Assembly: GCA_958407445.1 (NCBI GenBank)
Contig: CATYIU010000006.1
Location: 412-64,411, forward strand
Direction of reading: 5' to 3'
Source of the DNA: an uncultured Collinsella sp.
GTDB lineage: Bacteria; Actinomycetota; Coriobacteriia; Coriobacteriales; Coriobacteriaceae
DNA length: 64,000 bases
The translations under genes and the position numbers were made by a program. The notes beneath the pieces were generated by a model. The model had not been told where the DNA came from and did no database searches. It was given only the letters and a program-made list of their open reading frames with translations. This document shows, piece after piece, positions 37,582-48,282 of the stretch. How positions within the stretch are numbered: the first letter of the stretch is position 1; each line of letters begins with the position of its first letter.

Positions 37582-37894
37582 CGAGTTCTTGGTTCTGTGG
37601 CTGTCGTCGTGGGCTGCTATCGCGTTCTTTCGCATCGCGCCGGCGTTCGCCTTGCGCGGGCGGACCCTGTCGCCCCGCATTACCGAGGCCCTGGGCTATA
37701 TCCCGCCCGCCGCCTTTGCCGCGCTGGTCGCCAACGACTTGGTGAGCCCCGGCGCGTTCGACGCGGGACTCTGGCCTGCCTTGGTTCCCTGGATTGCGGC
37801 CGCCGGCGTCGTGGTCGTGGCGGTCAAGACAAAATCGATGCTGTGGTGCTGCGTCTCGGGCATCGTACTCTATATTGTCTTGAGCCTTATATAG
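37571..37894 (+). CDS. azlD: AzlD-family subunit
   Basis: RIAPAF...ALGYIPPAAFAALV; overlaps azlC. Confidence 0.8.
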   Translation: MSVNEFLVLWLSSWAAIAFFRIAPAFALRGRTLSPRITEALGYIPPAAFAALVANDLVSPGAFDAGLWPALVPWIAAAGVVVVAVKTKSMLWCCVSGIVLYIVLSLI

Positions 37895-38044
37895 GGGTGG
37901 CGTCGCGGGCGCCAAATCTCGTTCCATCCCAACTCGTCGGATTTTTCACCGAGCTGGTCTATTTCTTCTGGTACCATGGTCAAACTTTACTGTAGCAAAG
38001 CGTGACGTGGGCTTTTGTACCCCGTCAGCGGAAATGGGGGTTTC

Positions 38045-39067
38045 ATGGCACAGGAAGCAACCGCCAACGAGCAAAAGAAATTCAAGGTCCCGCGCATCCC
38101 GGGCGACATCATGATCTATCCGATGATCGTCGGTCTTTTGCTCAACACCTTCTGCCCGCAGGTTTTTGAGATCGGCGGCTTCTTTACGGCTGCCTGCCGC
38201 GGTGGCTCCAATACCATCGTCGCCGCGATCCTGCTGTTTGTGGGCGCCGGCATCAGCTTTAAGTCCACGCCGGGTGCCATCAAGACCGGTATCGTCGTGC
38301 TGATCCCCAAGCTGGTCGTCGCAGCGGCTCTCGGCCTGGGCGTGGCATATTGCTTTAACGACAACTTCCTGGGTCTGAGCTCCGTGTCTATCATCGGCGG
38401 CATCACGTTTTGCAACATGGCGCTCTATACGGGCATCATGGGCGAGTTCGGCGATGAGTCCGAGCAGGGCGCCGTCGGTATCCTGTTCTTTACGGCTGGC
38501 CCCGCCGTCACGATGATCATCCTCGGTGTTTCCGGCCTCGCCAACATTCCCATTGGCACCATTATCGGCTCCATCTTGCCACTCGTTATTGGCATGGTTC
38601 TGGGCAACCTGTTCCCGTTTATCAAGAACCTGCTGGTTCCCGGTGCCAATCCCGCGATTGCCGTCATCGGATTTCAGCTCGGTGCGTCCATGAGCCTGTC
38701 GAGCTTTATCACCGGCGGTATTTCCGGCATCTTGCTGGGCCTTGTCACGCTGTTTGTCGTCGGTCCCATCACCTTTGCGTTCGAGCGTCTGTGCGGCGGC
38801 AATGGCAAGGCCGCTGTGGCTTGCTCCACCATTGCCGGCACGGCTATGACCACACCGGTTGCCCTCGCCGAGGTCGCACCGCGCTACGCCGAGCTTGCGC
38901 CCACCGCGTACGCTCAGATCGCCACCGCCGTTATCATCACGGCGATCATGGCTCCGATTCTGACTGGCTGGGTCGACAAGAAGTTCTGCCAAGGCAAGGA
39001 GGATCTGTCGCCTGTCGGTGTCGAGGCCATCGAGGAGGCCGTCGCGACTGACATCGATGGCGAGTAG
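38045..39067 (+). CDS. 2-keto-3-deoxygluconate permease (KdgT) family transporter
   Basis: RIPGDIMIYPMIVGLLLNTFCP...IGGFFTA; GP..TMIILG; PLVIGMVLGNL. Confidence 0.8.
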   Translation: MAQEATANEQKKFKVPRIPGDIMIYPMIVGLLLNTFCPQVFEIGGFFTAACRGGSNTIVAAILLFVGAGISFKSTPGAIKTGIVVLIPKLVVAAALGLGVAYCFNDNFLGLSSVSIIGGITFCNMALYTGIMGEFGDESEQGAVGILFFTAGPAVTMIILGVSGLANIPIGTIIGSILPLVIGMVLGNLFPFIKNLLVPGANPAIAVIGFQLGASMSLSSFITGGISGILLGLVTLFVVGPITFAFERLCGGNGKAAVACSTIAGTAMTTPVALAEVAPRYAELAPTAYAQIATAVIITAIMAPILTGWVDKKFCQGKEDLSPVGVEAIEEAVATDIDGE

Positions 39068-39248
39068 CAATCGATACCCATCAATGATGCCGGCGTGTGC
39101 AATTCGCGCCGTATGGGCGCCCGAACAGAAACTGTTTTGCAGTGATGTTCGGGCGTTCTGCTATTATCCCCTTTACCCCTGCGGAGTAAAGGGGTGTTTA
39201 TTGCCCTGATTCGAATTGGGCGATTCTGACCACTTGGGTATTGAAGGG

Positions 39249-40400
39249 ATGGCGCTAGTGGTTAAGGCACTCAAGATTGAGATATTCGTGCTATGCATGA
39301 TTGTTCTTATCGGGCTTGCCGTGCGAAGTCGTCGCTCCTTGTTCTCGAGCACCCAGCAGCTATTGTTTAGCATGCTTGGCTACACCTCTGCCGCGTACAT
39401 ATTATTCGATATGATCTGGACGCTTTCGGACGGTGTGGACGGCACGTTGGGCATTGCTGCCAACTGGATTTCCAACGCGGTTTCGTTTTCGCTCTTTGCT
39501 ATCGCGTGTCTCATTTGGTTTATCTATTCCGAGACGGTGCAGGGTTCTCGCCTTTTGACCTCGCGCTATAGGGTGGTGCTTGTAGCGTTGCCTACGGCTC
39601 TGGTGGTCGTGCTGGCGTTTACCAGTTACTGGACGCACGCCCTGTTCTATATCGATTCGCAGGGCGTGTATCGTCGCGGCTTTGCCTATATGATCCAGCC
39701 CATCGTCAGCTACTGTTACGTTATACATACGTCCCTGCATGCGTTTGTGCAATCTCGCAGGGTCGAGAGCCTGCAGACGAAGGCCATCTATCGAACCTTG
39801 GCATTTTTCGCCATTCCGGCCCTGGTGGGCGGTACCTTTCAGGTCGTATACTCGGTGCCCGGCCTTTGTGTCGGCATAATGATTAGCATGTTGCTGCTCT
39901 ACATCATCTACCAGGAGCAGCTCATCTCGACCGACCCGTTGACTGGACTTAACAATCGCAACCGTTTTGAGACCTATATGCTGTCGCTCTTCTCAAATGT
40001 GGATCAGGCCGAAGATGTATATCTGCTTATGATGGACGCCGACGGCTTTAAGCAGATTAACGATCGCTATGGGCATGTGGAGGGCGACTACGCTCTTCAG
40101 GTCATATCCGCTGCGCTCAAAGAAGTCTGCTCGGCGTCTGGCGGCTTTATCGCACGTTATGGTGGCGATGAGTTCGTGGTGCTCCAAAAGGCAGTGGCGG
40201 AACAGGATATCATGCATCTGTGCGCGACAATCAACGATGAGCTCGCGCGCGCCGAGGTTCCGTATCTGTTGCGGATGTCCATCGGCTACGCACGGGTTGG
40301 TGATGGCGTCGATACCTGGCAAGACTTGCTTCGTGCTGCCGACGCGGAGCTCTACCGCGTAAAGCGCGAGAAGAAGAAAGCCGGCGTTCAGATACGCTAG
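39249..40400 (+). CDS. Membrane-bound diguanylate cyclase (GGDEF)
   Basis: Multiple TMs; TDPLTGLNNR, DADGFKQINDRYGH.EGD, RYGGDEF intact. Confidence 0.9.
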   Translation: MALVVKALKIEIFVLCMIVLIGLAVRSRRSLFSSTQQLLFSMLGYTSAAYILFDMIWTLSDGVDGTLGIAANWISNAVSFSLFAIACLIWFIYSETVQGSRLLTSRYRVVLVALPTALVVVLAFTSYWTHALFYIDSQGVYRRGFAYMIQPIVSYCYVIHTSLHAFVQSRRVESLQTKAIYRTLAFFAIPALVGGTFQVVYSVPGLCVGIMISMLLLYIIYQEQLISTDPLTGLNNRNRFETYMLSLFSNVDQAEDVYLLMMDADGFKQINDRYGHVEGDYALQVISAALKEVCSASGGFIARYGGDEFVVLQKAVAEQDIMHLCATINDELARAEVPYLLRMSIGYARVGDGVDTWQDLLRAADAELYRVKREKKKAGVQIR

Positions 40401-40501
40401 GAAAAGGGGCACACGCTGGCGTGCGTGGCGGCCCTCGGCTCTCCGATGTACTCCATTAAACTAAAGTATGTGAATCCGCTCTGCTAAATAAGGGCAGTTC
40501 A

Positions 40502-41437
40502 TTAGGCCTTTTTGGGCCTGTTGACGATGATGATGCCGCCGCAGACCAACAGCAGGGCAACAAGTACGGTCACAGGGCTCGTGCCAGCGCCCTCGCCGAG
40601 CAGCAGCGCGCTTAACAGTACGCCAAAGACTGGATTCATAAAGCCAAAGACCGACACACGGCTGACGGGGTTGACGGCAAGCAGACGCGACCATAGCGAG
40701 TACGCGACGGCGGAAATGAGTGCCATATAGATAATGAGCGCGATGGCGGGGGCGATTTCAGTGGGGGAGAGCGCGCCGCCCATCAAAAAGCCGATGGCGG
40801 TGAGGACCAGTCCGCCGACCAAGAACTGCCACCCGGCAAGCAAGACGCCGTCGTGCTTGCGCGAGAAGATGCCGATCAGGCAGGTCGAAAGAGCACCCGC
40901 GACAGTGGAGGCTAGGATAAAGCCCTCGCCATCGAGCCTGAAGCCAAAGGTGCCATCTGCGCCCGAGAGGTTGACGAGCGCGACGCCGGCAAAGCCCAGC
41001 GCACAGCCAAGCACCTTGGCCGTATCGAGCTTCTCGGTGTGAAATGCCAGGGCGGCAAAGAGGATTGCGAGGAAGTTGGCGCTGGCCTCGATGATGGAGC
41101 TCGACATGGCGCTGGCGCGCGAGAGGCCCAGATAGAAAAAGAAGTACTGCCCGATAGTCTGGAAGAGCGACAAGACAAAGATGGGCTTGATGTCGCGAGC
41201 CTGCGGAATGAGGGGGCGGCGTTGGGCCGCACTCATCCCAACGACAACCAGGGCGCCGGCAAGGGTGAAGCGCAGACCCGCGAAGAGCAGCTGCGAGGCG
41301 TTATCGTGCGCGGGGATGCCAAAGAGCGCATAGCCGATCTTGATGCAGGGAAAGGCCGATCCCCAGAGTGCACAGCAAACAAGACAGCCCAGGATGAGTC
41401 CGGGTAGGGTGGCGAGATACGGCTTGCGGCTTTCCAT
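40502..41437 (-). CDS. DMT/EamA-family transporter
   Basis: LWGSAFP, RFTLAG, FGFMNPVFGVLLS. Confidence 0.88.
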   Translation of the reverse strand: MESRKPYLATLPGLILGCLVCCALWGSAFPCIKIGYALFGIPAHDNASQLLFAGLRFTLAGALVVVGMSAAQRRPLIPQARDIKPIFVLSLFQTIGQYFFFYLGLSRASAMSSSIIEASANFLAILFAALAFHTEKLDTAKVLGCALGFAGVALVNLSGADGTFGFRLDGEGFILASTVAGALSTCLIGIFSRKHDGVLLAGWQFLVGGLVLTAIGFLMGGALSPTEIAPAIALIIYMALISAVAYSLWSRLLAVNPVSRVSVFGFMNPVFGVLLSALLLGEGAGTSPVTVLVALLLVCGGIIIVNRPKKA

Positions 41438-41463
41438 GATGTCCTTCCTGCATGCGCGAAGCA

Positions 41464-41500
41464 AAAAAGAACCCGCCACCGGATGTGTCGGTGGCGGGTG
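41464..41500 (-). terminator. Intrinsic terminator after purL
   Basis: ACCCGCCACCG...CGGTGGCGGGT stem with a T-tract on the minus strand. Confidence 0.75.
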
Positions 41501-41536
41501 TTGTTACCCGAGGGGATTGTACCCGATGGGAAAGGT

Positions 41537-44500
41537 TTAAGCGAAGTAGGCCACGCCGCTCTCAAAGATCGGCATGAACTTATCGCCGGGGACATGCTCG
41601 GGCACGTTGCGGTACAGGTTGTCGCCGCGACGCTCGGCATGGCCCATCTTGCCCAGGACGCGGCCGTCGGGGCTCGTGATGCCCTCGATGGCGAGTGCGG
41701 AGCCGTTGGGGTTGACGGAAAGATCCATGCTGGGCTTGCCGTCCTCGCCCACGTACTGCGTGGCGACCTGGCCGTTGGCGATCAGCTGGGCGAGCACCTC
41801 GTCGTTGGCGACAAAGCGGCCCTCGCCGTGGCTGATGGCGACGGTGTAGGGGTCGTCCAGGCTGCACTGCGACAGCCACGGGGACAGGTTGGACGAGATG
41901 CGGGTGCGCACCAGACGGCTCTGGTGGCGACCGATGGTGTTGAACGTCAGCGTGGGCGCGTCGGACGTGGCGTCGACGATATCGCCGTAAGGCACCAGGC
42001 CGAGCTTGACCAGGGCCTGGAAGCCGTTGCAGATGCCCAGCATCAGGCCGTCGCGGGCCTTGAGCAGGTCGCGGACTGCCTCGGTGACTTCGGGAGCGCG
42101 GAAGAACGCCGTGATGAACTTGGCGGAGCCATCGGGCTCGTCACCGCCCGAGAAGCCACCGGGGATCATGACGATCTGGCTTGCACGGATGCGGCGGGCG
42201 AGCTCGTGGGTGCTCTCGGCGACGGCCTCGGGCGTGAGGTTGTTGATCACGAAGGTGTCGGCCTCGGCACCGGCGGCGCGGAAGGCACGGGCGCTGTCGT
42301 ACTCGCAGTTGTTGCCGGGGAAGACGGGGATAATCACGTGCGGGCGGGCGATCTTGGCGCCGCCGTACACGTGGATGTCCTTGGCGCGATAGTCAATGGT
42401 CTCGACCTCGGGTTGCTCGCCGGTGCTGCGGTAGGCAAAGACGCCCTCGATGCCGCTCTCCCAGGCTTCCTGGAGCTCGGAGAGATCGATGACCTCGGAG
42501 CCGGTGTCGATGACATAGCCCTCGACGGTGGTGCCCAAGGGCTCGACGACAACGCCGTCGGCGACCTCGGGCAGCTCGGCATCCTCGGCGAGCTCGACGA
42601 TAAAGCTGCCGTAGAGCGGGGTGAAGAGGCTCTCCACATCCACATCCTCGGCAAGCTCGATGCCGATCTGGTTGCCGACGCACATCTTAAAAAGGCTCTC
42701 GGCGCCGCAGCCGTAGCCGGGCGTGGAGACGGCCAGGGCATCGCCGGTAGCGGTGAGCGCCTCGACGGCGTCAAACGCGGCGAGCAGCTGCTGGGCATCG
42801 GGGCGGTAGTCCTCGCCATAGGTGGCGGGGGCGATGCGGACGACGCGGTGCGTCAGGCCCTTGAACTCGGGCGAGGTGGCACGGGCTGCGCGGCCTACGG
42901 CCACGGCGAAGCTGATGAGGGTCGGCGGAACGTTGAGCTCTCCGGCCTCGTCCTCAAACGAGCCGCTCATGGAGTCCTTGCCGCCGATGGCGCCGGCGCT
43001 CAGGTCGACCTGGGCCATAAGGGCACCCAGAACGGCTGCCATGGGCTTGCCCCAACGCTCGGCCTCGGTACGCAGGCGCTCGAAGTACTCCTGGAAGGAG
43101 AGGTAGGCGCGCTTGTGTTCAAAGCCGGCGGCGACGAGCTTGGCGATGGACTCGACTACGGACAGGTAGGCGCCCGCAAACTGGTCGGCCTCCATCAGGT
43201 AGGGGTTGAAGCCCCATGCCATGGCGCTCGCCGTGGTGGTCTCGCCGTCCACGGGGAACTTGGCGACCATGGCAGAGCTCGGGGTGAGCTGCGTCTTGCC
43301 GCCAAAGGGCATGAGCACGGTTGCGGCACCGATGGTGGAGTCGAAGCGCTCGGAAAGGCCCTTGTTGGAGGCAACGTTGAGGTCGGTGACAAGCGAGGTC
43401 ATGCGCTCGGCAAGCGTGGTGCCGGCCCAGCTGGGCTGCCACACGCTGCGGGCGCAGACGTGAGCAGTCTGATGCTTGGGCGCACCGTTGGAGTTGAGGA
43501 ACTCACGGGACAGGTCGACGATGGCGACGCCGTTCCAGGCCATGCGCATGCGCGGCTCGGCGGTAACCTCGGCGATAACGGTAGCCTCCAGGTTCTCCTC
43601 GGCGGCGTAGCCCATGAACTCCTCGACATCACCGTCGGCGACGGCGCAGGCCATGCGCTCCTGGGACTCGGAAATGGCGAGCTCGGTGCCGTCCAGGCCG
43701 TCGTACTTCTTGGTCACGGTGTCCAGGTCGACATACAGGCCGTCGGCAAGCTCGCCCACGGCGACCGAGACGCCGCCGGCGCCAAAGTCGTTGCAGCGCT
43801 TGATCAGGCGGCAGGCGTCGCCGCGGCGGAACAGACGCTGCAGCTTGCGCTCGACCGGGGCGTTGCCCTTCTGGACCTCGGCGCCCGAGGTCTCGATGGA
43901 CTCGGTGTTCTGGGTCTTGGAGGAGCCAGTGGCGCCGCCGATGCCGTCACGGCCGGTGCGGCCGCCCAGCAGGATGATCTTGTCAGTGGGGGCGGGGCAC
44001 TCGCGACGCACGTGGTTTGCCGGGGTAGCGCCCACGACGGCGCCGACCTCCATGCGCTTGGCGACGTAGCCGGGGTGATAGAGCTCGTTGACCTGGCCGG
44101 TGGCAAGGCCGATCTGGTTGCCGTAGCTGGAGTAGCCGGCGGCAGCGGTGGTTACGAGCTTGCGCTGCGGCAGCTTGCCCTCGAGCGTCTCGGACACGGG
44201 GACGGTGGGGTCGCCGGCGCCGGTGACACGCATGGCCTGGTACACGTAGCTGCGGCCCGACAGCGGGTCGCGGATGGCACCGCCCACGCAGGTGGCGGCA
44301 CCGCCGAAGGGCTCGATCTCGGTCGGGTGGTTGTGGGTCTCGTTCTTAAAGAGGAACAGCCAGTCCTGGTCCTCGCCGTCGACATCGACCTTCACCTTGA
44401 CGGTGCAGGCGTTAATCTCCTCGGACTCGTCGACATCGGTCATGACGCCGGTCTTCTTGAGGTACTTGGCGCCGATGGTGCCCATGTCCATGAGGCAGAC

Positions 44501-45283
44501 GGGCTTGGTGTCGCGACCGAGTTCGTGGCGCATCTCCATGTAGCGGTCGAAGGCCTGCTGCACCACGGCGTCGTCGATCGTCACGTCGTCCAGGACGGTG
44601 CCGAAGGTGGTGTGGCGGCAGTGATCGGACCAGTAGGTGTCGATCACGCGGATCTCGGTGATAGTGGGGTCGCGATCCTCATCGCGGAAGTACTGCTGGC
44701 AGAAGGCGATGTCCGCCTCGTCCATGGCAAGGCCGCGCTCGGAAATAAAGGCGGCAAGGCCGGCTTCGTCGAGCTCGCGGAAACCGTCGAGCACCTCGAC
44801 GGGCTGGGGCTCGGGGGTCTCCATGTACAGCGTCTCGGGCAGGTCGAGCGAGGCGATGCGCGCCTCGACGGGGTTCACCACGTAGTGCTTGATGGCCTCG
44901 ACGGCGGCCTCGTCCAGAGCGCCCGAGATCATATAGACCTTGGCGGAGCGCACGGCGGGGCGCTCGCCCTGGCTGATGAGCTGCACGCACTCGCTGGCGG
45001 AGTCGGCGCGCTGGTCAAACTGGCCAGGCAGGAATTCGACGGCAAAGACGGCGCCATCGCTTGCGGGGAGCTCGTCGTAGGTCACATCGACCTGGGGCTC
45101 GCTAAAGACGGTCGGCACGCAGGACCGGAAAAGCTCCTTGTCGATGCCCTCGACGTCGTAGCGGTTGATAATCCTCAGGGCCTCGATGCCCTTGATGCCG
45201 AGAATTTCGGTCAGCTCGCCCTTGAGCTGCTGAGCCTCGACGTCGAACCCGGGTTTCTTCTCCACGTAGATACGAGAGACCAT
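41537..45283 (-). CDS. purL: Phosphoribosylformylglycinamidine synthase (large single-chain form)
   Basis: WSDHCRHTTF, KNETHNHPTEIEPFGGAATC, NDFGAGG, GGFSGGD, LGICNGFQ, MGHAER. Confidence 0.96.
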   Translation of the reverse strand: MVSRIYVEKKPGFDVEAQQLKGELTEILGIKGIEALRIINRYDVEGIDKELFRSCVPTVFSEPQVDVTYDELPASDGAVFAVEFLPGQFDQRADSASECVQLISQGERPAVRSAKVYMISGALDEAAVEAIKHYVVNPVEARIASLDLPETLYMETPEPQPVEVLDGFRELDEAGLAAFISERGLAMDEADIAFCQQYFRDEDRDPTITEIRVIDTYWSDHCRHTTFGTVLDDVTIDDAVVQQAFDRYMEMRHELGRDTKPVCLMDMGTIGAKYLKKTGVMTDVDESEEINACTVKVKVDVDGEDQDWLFLFKNETHNHPTEIEPFGGAATCVGGAIRDPLSGRSYVYQAMRVTGAGDPTVPVSETLEGKLPQRKLVTTAAAGYSSYGNQIGLATGQVNELYHPGYVAKRMEVGAVVGATPANHVRRECPAPTDKIILLGGRTGRDGIGGATGSSKTQNTESIETSGAEVQKGNAPVERKLQRLFRRGDACRLIKRCNDFGAGGVSVAVGELADGLYVDLDTVTKKYDGLDGTELAISESQERMACAVADGDVEEFMGYAAEENLEATVIAEVTAEPRMRMAWNGVAIVDLSREFLNSNGAPKHQTAHVCARSVWQPSWAGTTLAERMTSLVTDLNVASNKGLSERFDSTIGAATVLMPFGGKTQLTPSSAMVAKFPVDGETTTASAMAWGFNPYLMEADQFAGAYLSVVESIAKLVAAGFEHKRAYLSFQEYFERLRTEAERWGKPMAAVLGALMAQVDLSAGAIGGKDSMSGSFEDEAGELNVPPTLISFAVAVGRAARATSPEFKGLTHRVVRIAPATYGEDYRPDAQQLLAAFDAVEALTATGDALAVSTPGYGCGAESLFKMCVGNQIGIELAEDVDVESLFTPLYGSFIVELAEDAELPEVADGVVVEPLGTTVEGYVIDTGSEVIDLSELQEAWESGIEGVFAYRSTGEQPEVETIDYRAKDIHVYGGAKIARPHVIIPVFPGNNCEYDSARAFRAAGAEADTFVINNLTPEAVAESTHELARRIRASQIVMIPGGFSGGDEPDGSAKFITAFFRAPEVTEAVRDLLKARDGLMLGICNGFQALVKLGLVPYGDIVDATSDAPTLTFNTIGRHQSRLVRTRISSNLSPWLSQCSLDDPYTVAISHGEGRFVANDEVLAQLIANGQVATQYVGEDGKPSMDLSVNPNGSALAIEGITSPDGRVLGKMGHAERRGDNLYRNVPEHVPGDKFMPIFESGVAYFA

Positions 45284-45467
45284 TGGTTCCTGCCTTCCTG
45301 ATCGGTTGGGCGTACGGTACGGTATGCGGCAGCGGTCGGTTTGCGGGGTCTGCCCTGCGGTCGCCTTGAGCCACATGTTTGTAAACCTCACTATGATACG
45401 ACAGCTCGCGGCGCGTTGAGGACGGCGAGGGTGCTACAGTGAAGCGCAAACAAGAGAAAGGCATCAC

Positions 45468-47030
45468 ATGGCATTCGTTTCGCTCGCCATCATCGCACTC
45501 GTGGCCTTTGCGAGTCCTTTTATCGCCTCGGCGATTCCCGGAAAACCCGTTCCCGAGACGGTCTTTTTGCTCGTGCTCGGCGCGGTACTGGGACCCCATA
45601 TGCTCGGCGTCATCCATGTAGATGCTGAGGTCTCGCTGGTGTCCGAGCTGGGCCTGGCCTTTTTGTTCCTGCTTGCCGGCTTTGAGATCGACCCCAAGAG
45701 CATCACGGGCGTCGAGGGGCGCTACGGCTTGGCGACGTGGGTCGTCACGTTTGGTATCGCCTGGCTTGCCGTGCGCTTTACCCCGTGGTTCTCAGTCAGT
45801 CATTTCGACGGTATCGCCGTGACGCTTGCCCTCACTTCGACGGCGCTCGGTACGCTTGTGCCCATCATGCGTGAGCGCTCGCTCACCGGCACGCGCGTGG
45901 GCGACTCGATTCTCGCGTATGGCACTTGGGGCGAGCTCGGTCCCGTGCTCGCCATGTCGGTGCTGTTGTCTGCCCGCACTGGCATCCAAACGCTCGTTAT
46001 CCTTGGCTTGTTTGCGGTGGTTTGCGTGTTGCTGGCCGTGGTCCCGAGCCGCTCCAAGCGCGTCGGCAGCCGCTTCTTTGCATTTGTTGAGGAGCGCGCC
46101 GATACCACGTCGCAGACCTTCGTGCGCCTGACGGTGCTCATCCTGGTCACGCTCGTGGCATTCTCGGCTGTCTTTGATCTCGACATCGTGTTGGGTTCTT
46201 TTGCCGCCGGCTTTGTCCTGCGCTATATCATCCCCGAGGGCAACCATACGCTCGAGACCAAGCTCGACGGTCTGGCCTACGGTTTTTTGATTCCGGTGTT
46301 CTTTACCGTATCGGGCGCAAAGATCGATCTGACGGCCGTGGCGTCGCGCCCGGGTCTGCTCGTGGGCTTTATCGTGGCGTTGTTGATTATTCGTGCCGTG
46401 CCCATTCTTATTTCCATGAGCATTTGTCCTGCGACGCGCGATGTGTCGGCGTATGGTCGCATTACCGTGGCCCTGTACTGCACCACGGCGCTGCCGATCA
46501 TCGTTGCCGTTACGAGCGTTGCCGTCAACGCGGGCGCGCTGTCGCAAGATATTGCGTCGGTCATGGTTGCCGCCGGTGCCATCACGGTGTTCTTGATGCC
46601 ATTGCTCGCGCAGCTCTTCTACCGCGTGGTGGATGCCGCACCGGTCGCCGCCGTGGCAGAGGTTGCCGAGCATCCATCCGATGCGCTCGACATCTTGCGC
46701 GCCCACCACGACCTAGCGAGCTTGCTCGCGCGCGAGCACGAGCTGCTGACCTCGCATGGCCATGGTCGCGTATTCGAGGGCCTGCCTACGCTCGATACGA
46801 TTGCCGAGCGTCTTTCCGCCGAGGCGGCGAGCGGCCACATCGATGCCCGCATCGTGGACGCGGCGCACCTGCTTGCCGATAAGACCTATGGAGACGAGGT
46901 CGACCCGTCCGAGCTGACTCCGCGTGAGCGCCGCCGCCTGGAGCGCGCCAAGCTCGCTGTGCGCGAATACCGCCGCCGCATGCTGGAGCTCTATGCGCGC
47001 GAAGAAGCCGAAGACGACGACGGCAAGTAG
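45468..47030 (+). CDS. Cation:proton antiporter (CPA2/KefB-like)
   Basis: About 12 TM segments; ELGLAFLFLLAGFEID, TSTALG, FLIPVFF. Confidence 0.85.
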   Translation: MAFVSLAIIALVAFASPFIASAIPGKPVPETVFLLVLGAVLGPHMLGVIHVDAEVSLVSELGLAFLFLLAGFEIDPKSITGVEGRYGLATWVVTFGIAWLAVRFTPWFSVSHFDGIAVTLALTSTALGTLVPIMRERSLTGTRVGDSILAYGTWGELGPVLAMSVLLSARTGIQTLVILGLFAVVCVLLAVVPSRSKRVGSRFFAFVEERADTTSQTFVRLTVLILVTLVAFSAVFDLDIVLGSFAAGFVLRYIIPEGNHTLETKLDGLAYGFLIPVFFTVSGAKIDLTAVASRPGLLVGFIVALLIIRAVPILISMSICPATRDVSAYGRITVALYCTTALPIIVAVTSVAVNAGALSQDIASVMVAAGAITVFLMPLLAQLFYRVVDAAPVAAVAEVAEHPSDALDILRAHHDLASLLAREHELLTSHGHGRVFEGLPTLDTIAERLSAEAASGHIDARIVDAAHLLADKTYGDEVDPSELTPRERRRLERAKLAVREYRRRMLELYAREEAEDDDGK

Positions 47031-47042
47031 CCGACACCGCCG

Positions 47043-47214
47043 CGGAAAATGCATCCCGGAATTGGCGTCCAGAGTGGGATGCGCTTTCCGCGAGAAGCCC
47101 GTTGCGGAAAGCGTGTCCCAGAATGCGCGCCCAGAATGGGACATAGTTTCCGAAAGAAGGCCCTGAGGGAAACTGCGCCCCGTTCTGAGCTGAAATACCG
47201 GGACGCAGCTTCCC
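47043..47214. repeat. Array of three 48-bp palindromic units at 62-bp period (BIME-like)
   Basis: Units start at 47043, 47105 and 47167; pattern GGAAA-N-CCC-loop-GGGA-N-TTCC; third unit inverted. Confidence 0.75.
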
Positions 47215-47310
47215 CTGCAAGCAGAACAAGGCGCGCTGCCTGCGGTTGATGCAGACAGCGCGCCTTTTGCGTTGGGCCTCGTTGAGGTTCGAAGTCGTGG
47301 TTTGCGACCT

Positions 47311-48060
<750 letters not shown>

Positions 48061-48217
48061 GGTGCCTCCATTCTTCGGGGGTGGACGTACGCAGCACAGG
48101 ATAGCGGCGGACAAAAACAAACATGCCTGCTTATCGGTGAGCGGTATCCCTGGTTGACACCGAACGGTCAAGTTGTTCAAACGCTGGCCGCGGCAATGCG
48201 CTCCGAGCGCGCAAGCA

Positions 48218-48254
48218 AAGGGGGCTCCCGTCCAAGACCGGACGGGAGCCCCTC
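48218..48254 (-). terminator. Intrinsic terminator after hom
   Basis: GGGGCTCCCGTCC-AAGACC-GGACGGGAGCCCC. Confidence 0.75.
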
Positions 48255-48282
48255 AAATATATGTCGTATGGCGAGAACCGAA

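Noticed and set aside
41483..45301. 1272-aa plus-strand ORF
   Set aside because: Antisense shadow of purL caused by GC-rich codon bias; no recognisable motifs.
45284..45420. Riboswitch upstream of purL
   Set aside because: No purine, ZTP or PRPP riboswitch consensus could be recognised by eye; an Rfam/Infernal scan would be needed.
47043..47214. Possible mini-CRISPR
   Set aside because: Units are degenerate, one is inverted, spacers are only 14 bp, and there are no cas genes; reported as a REP-like array instead.
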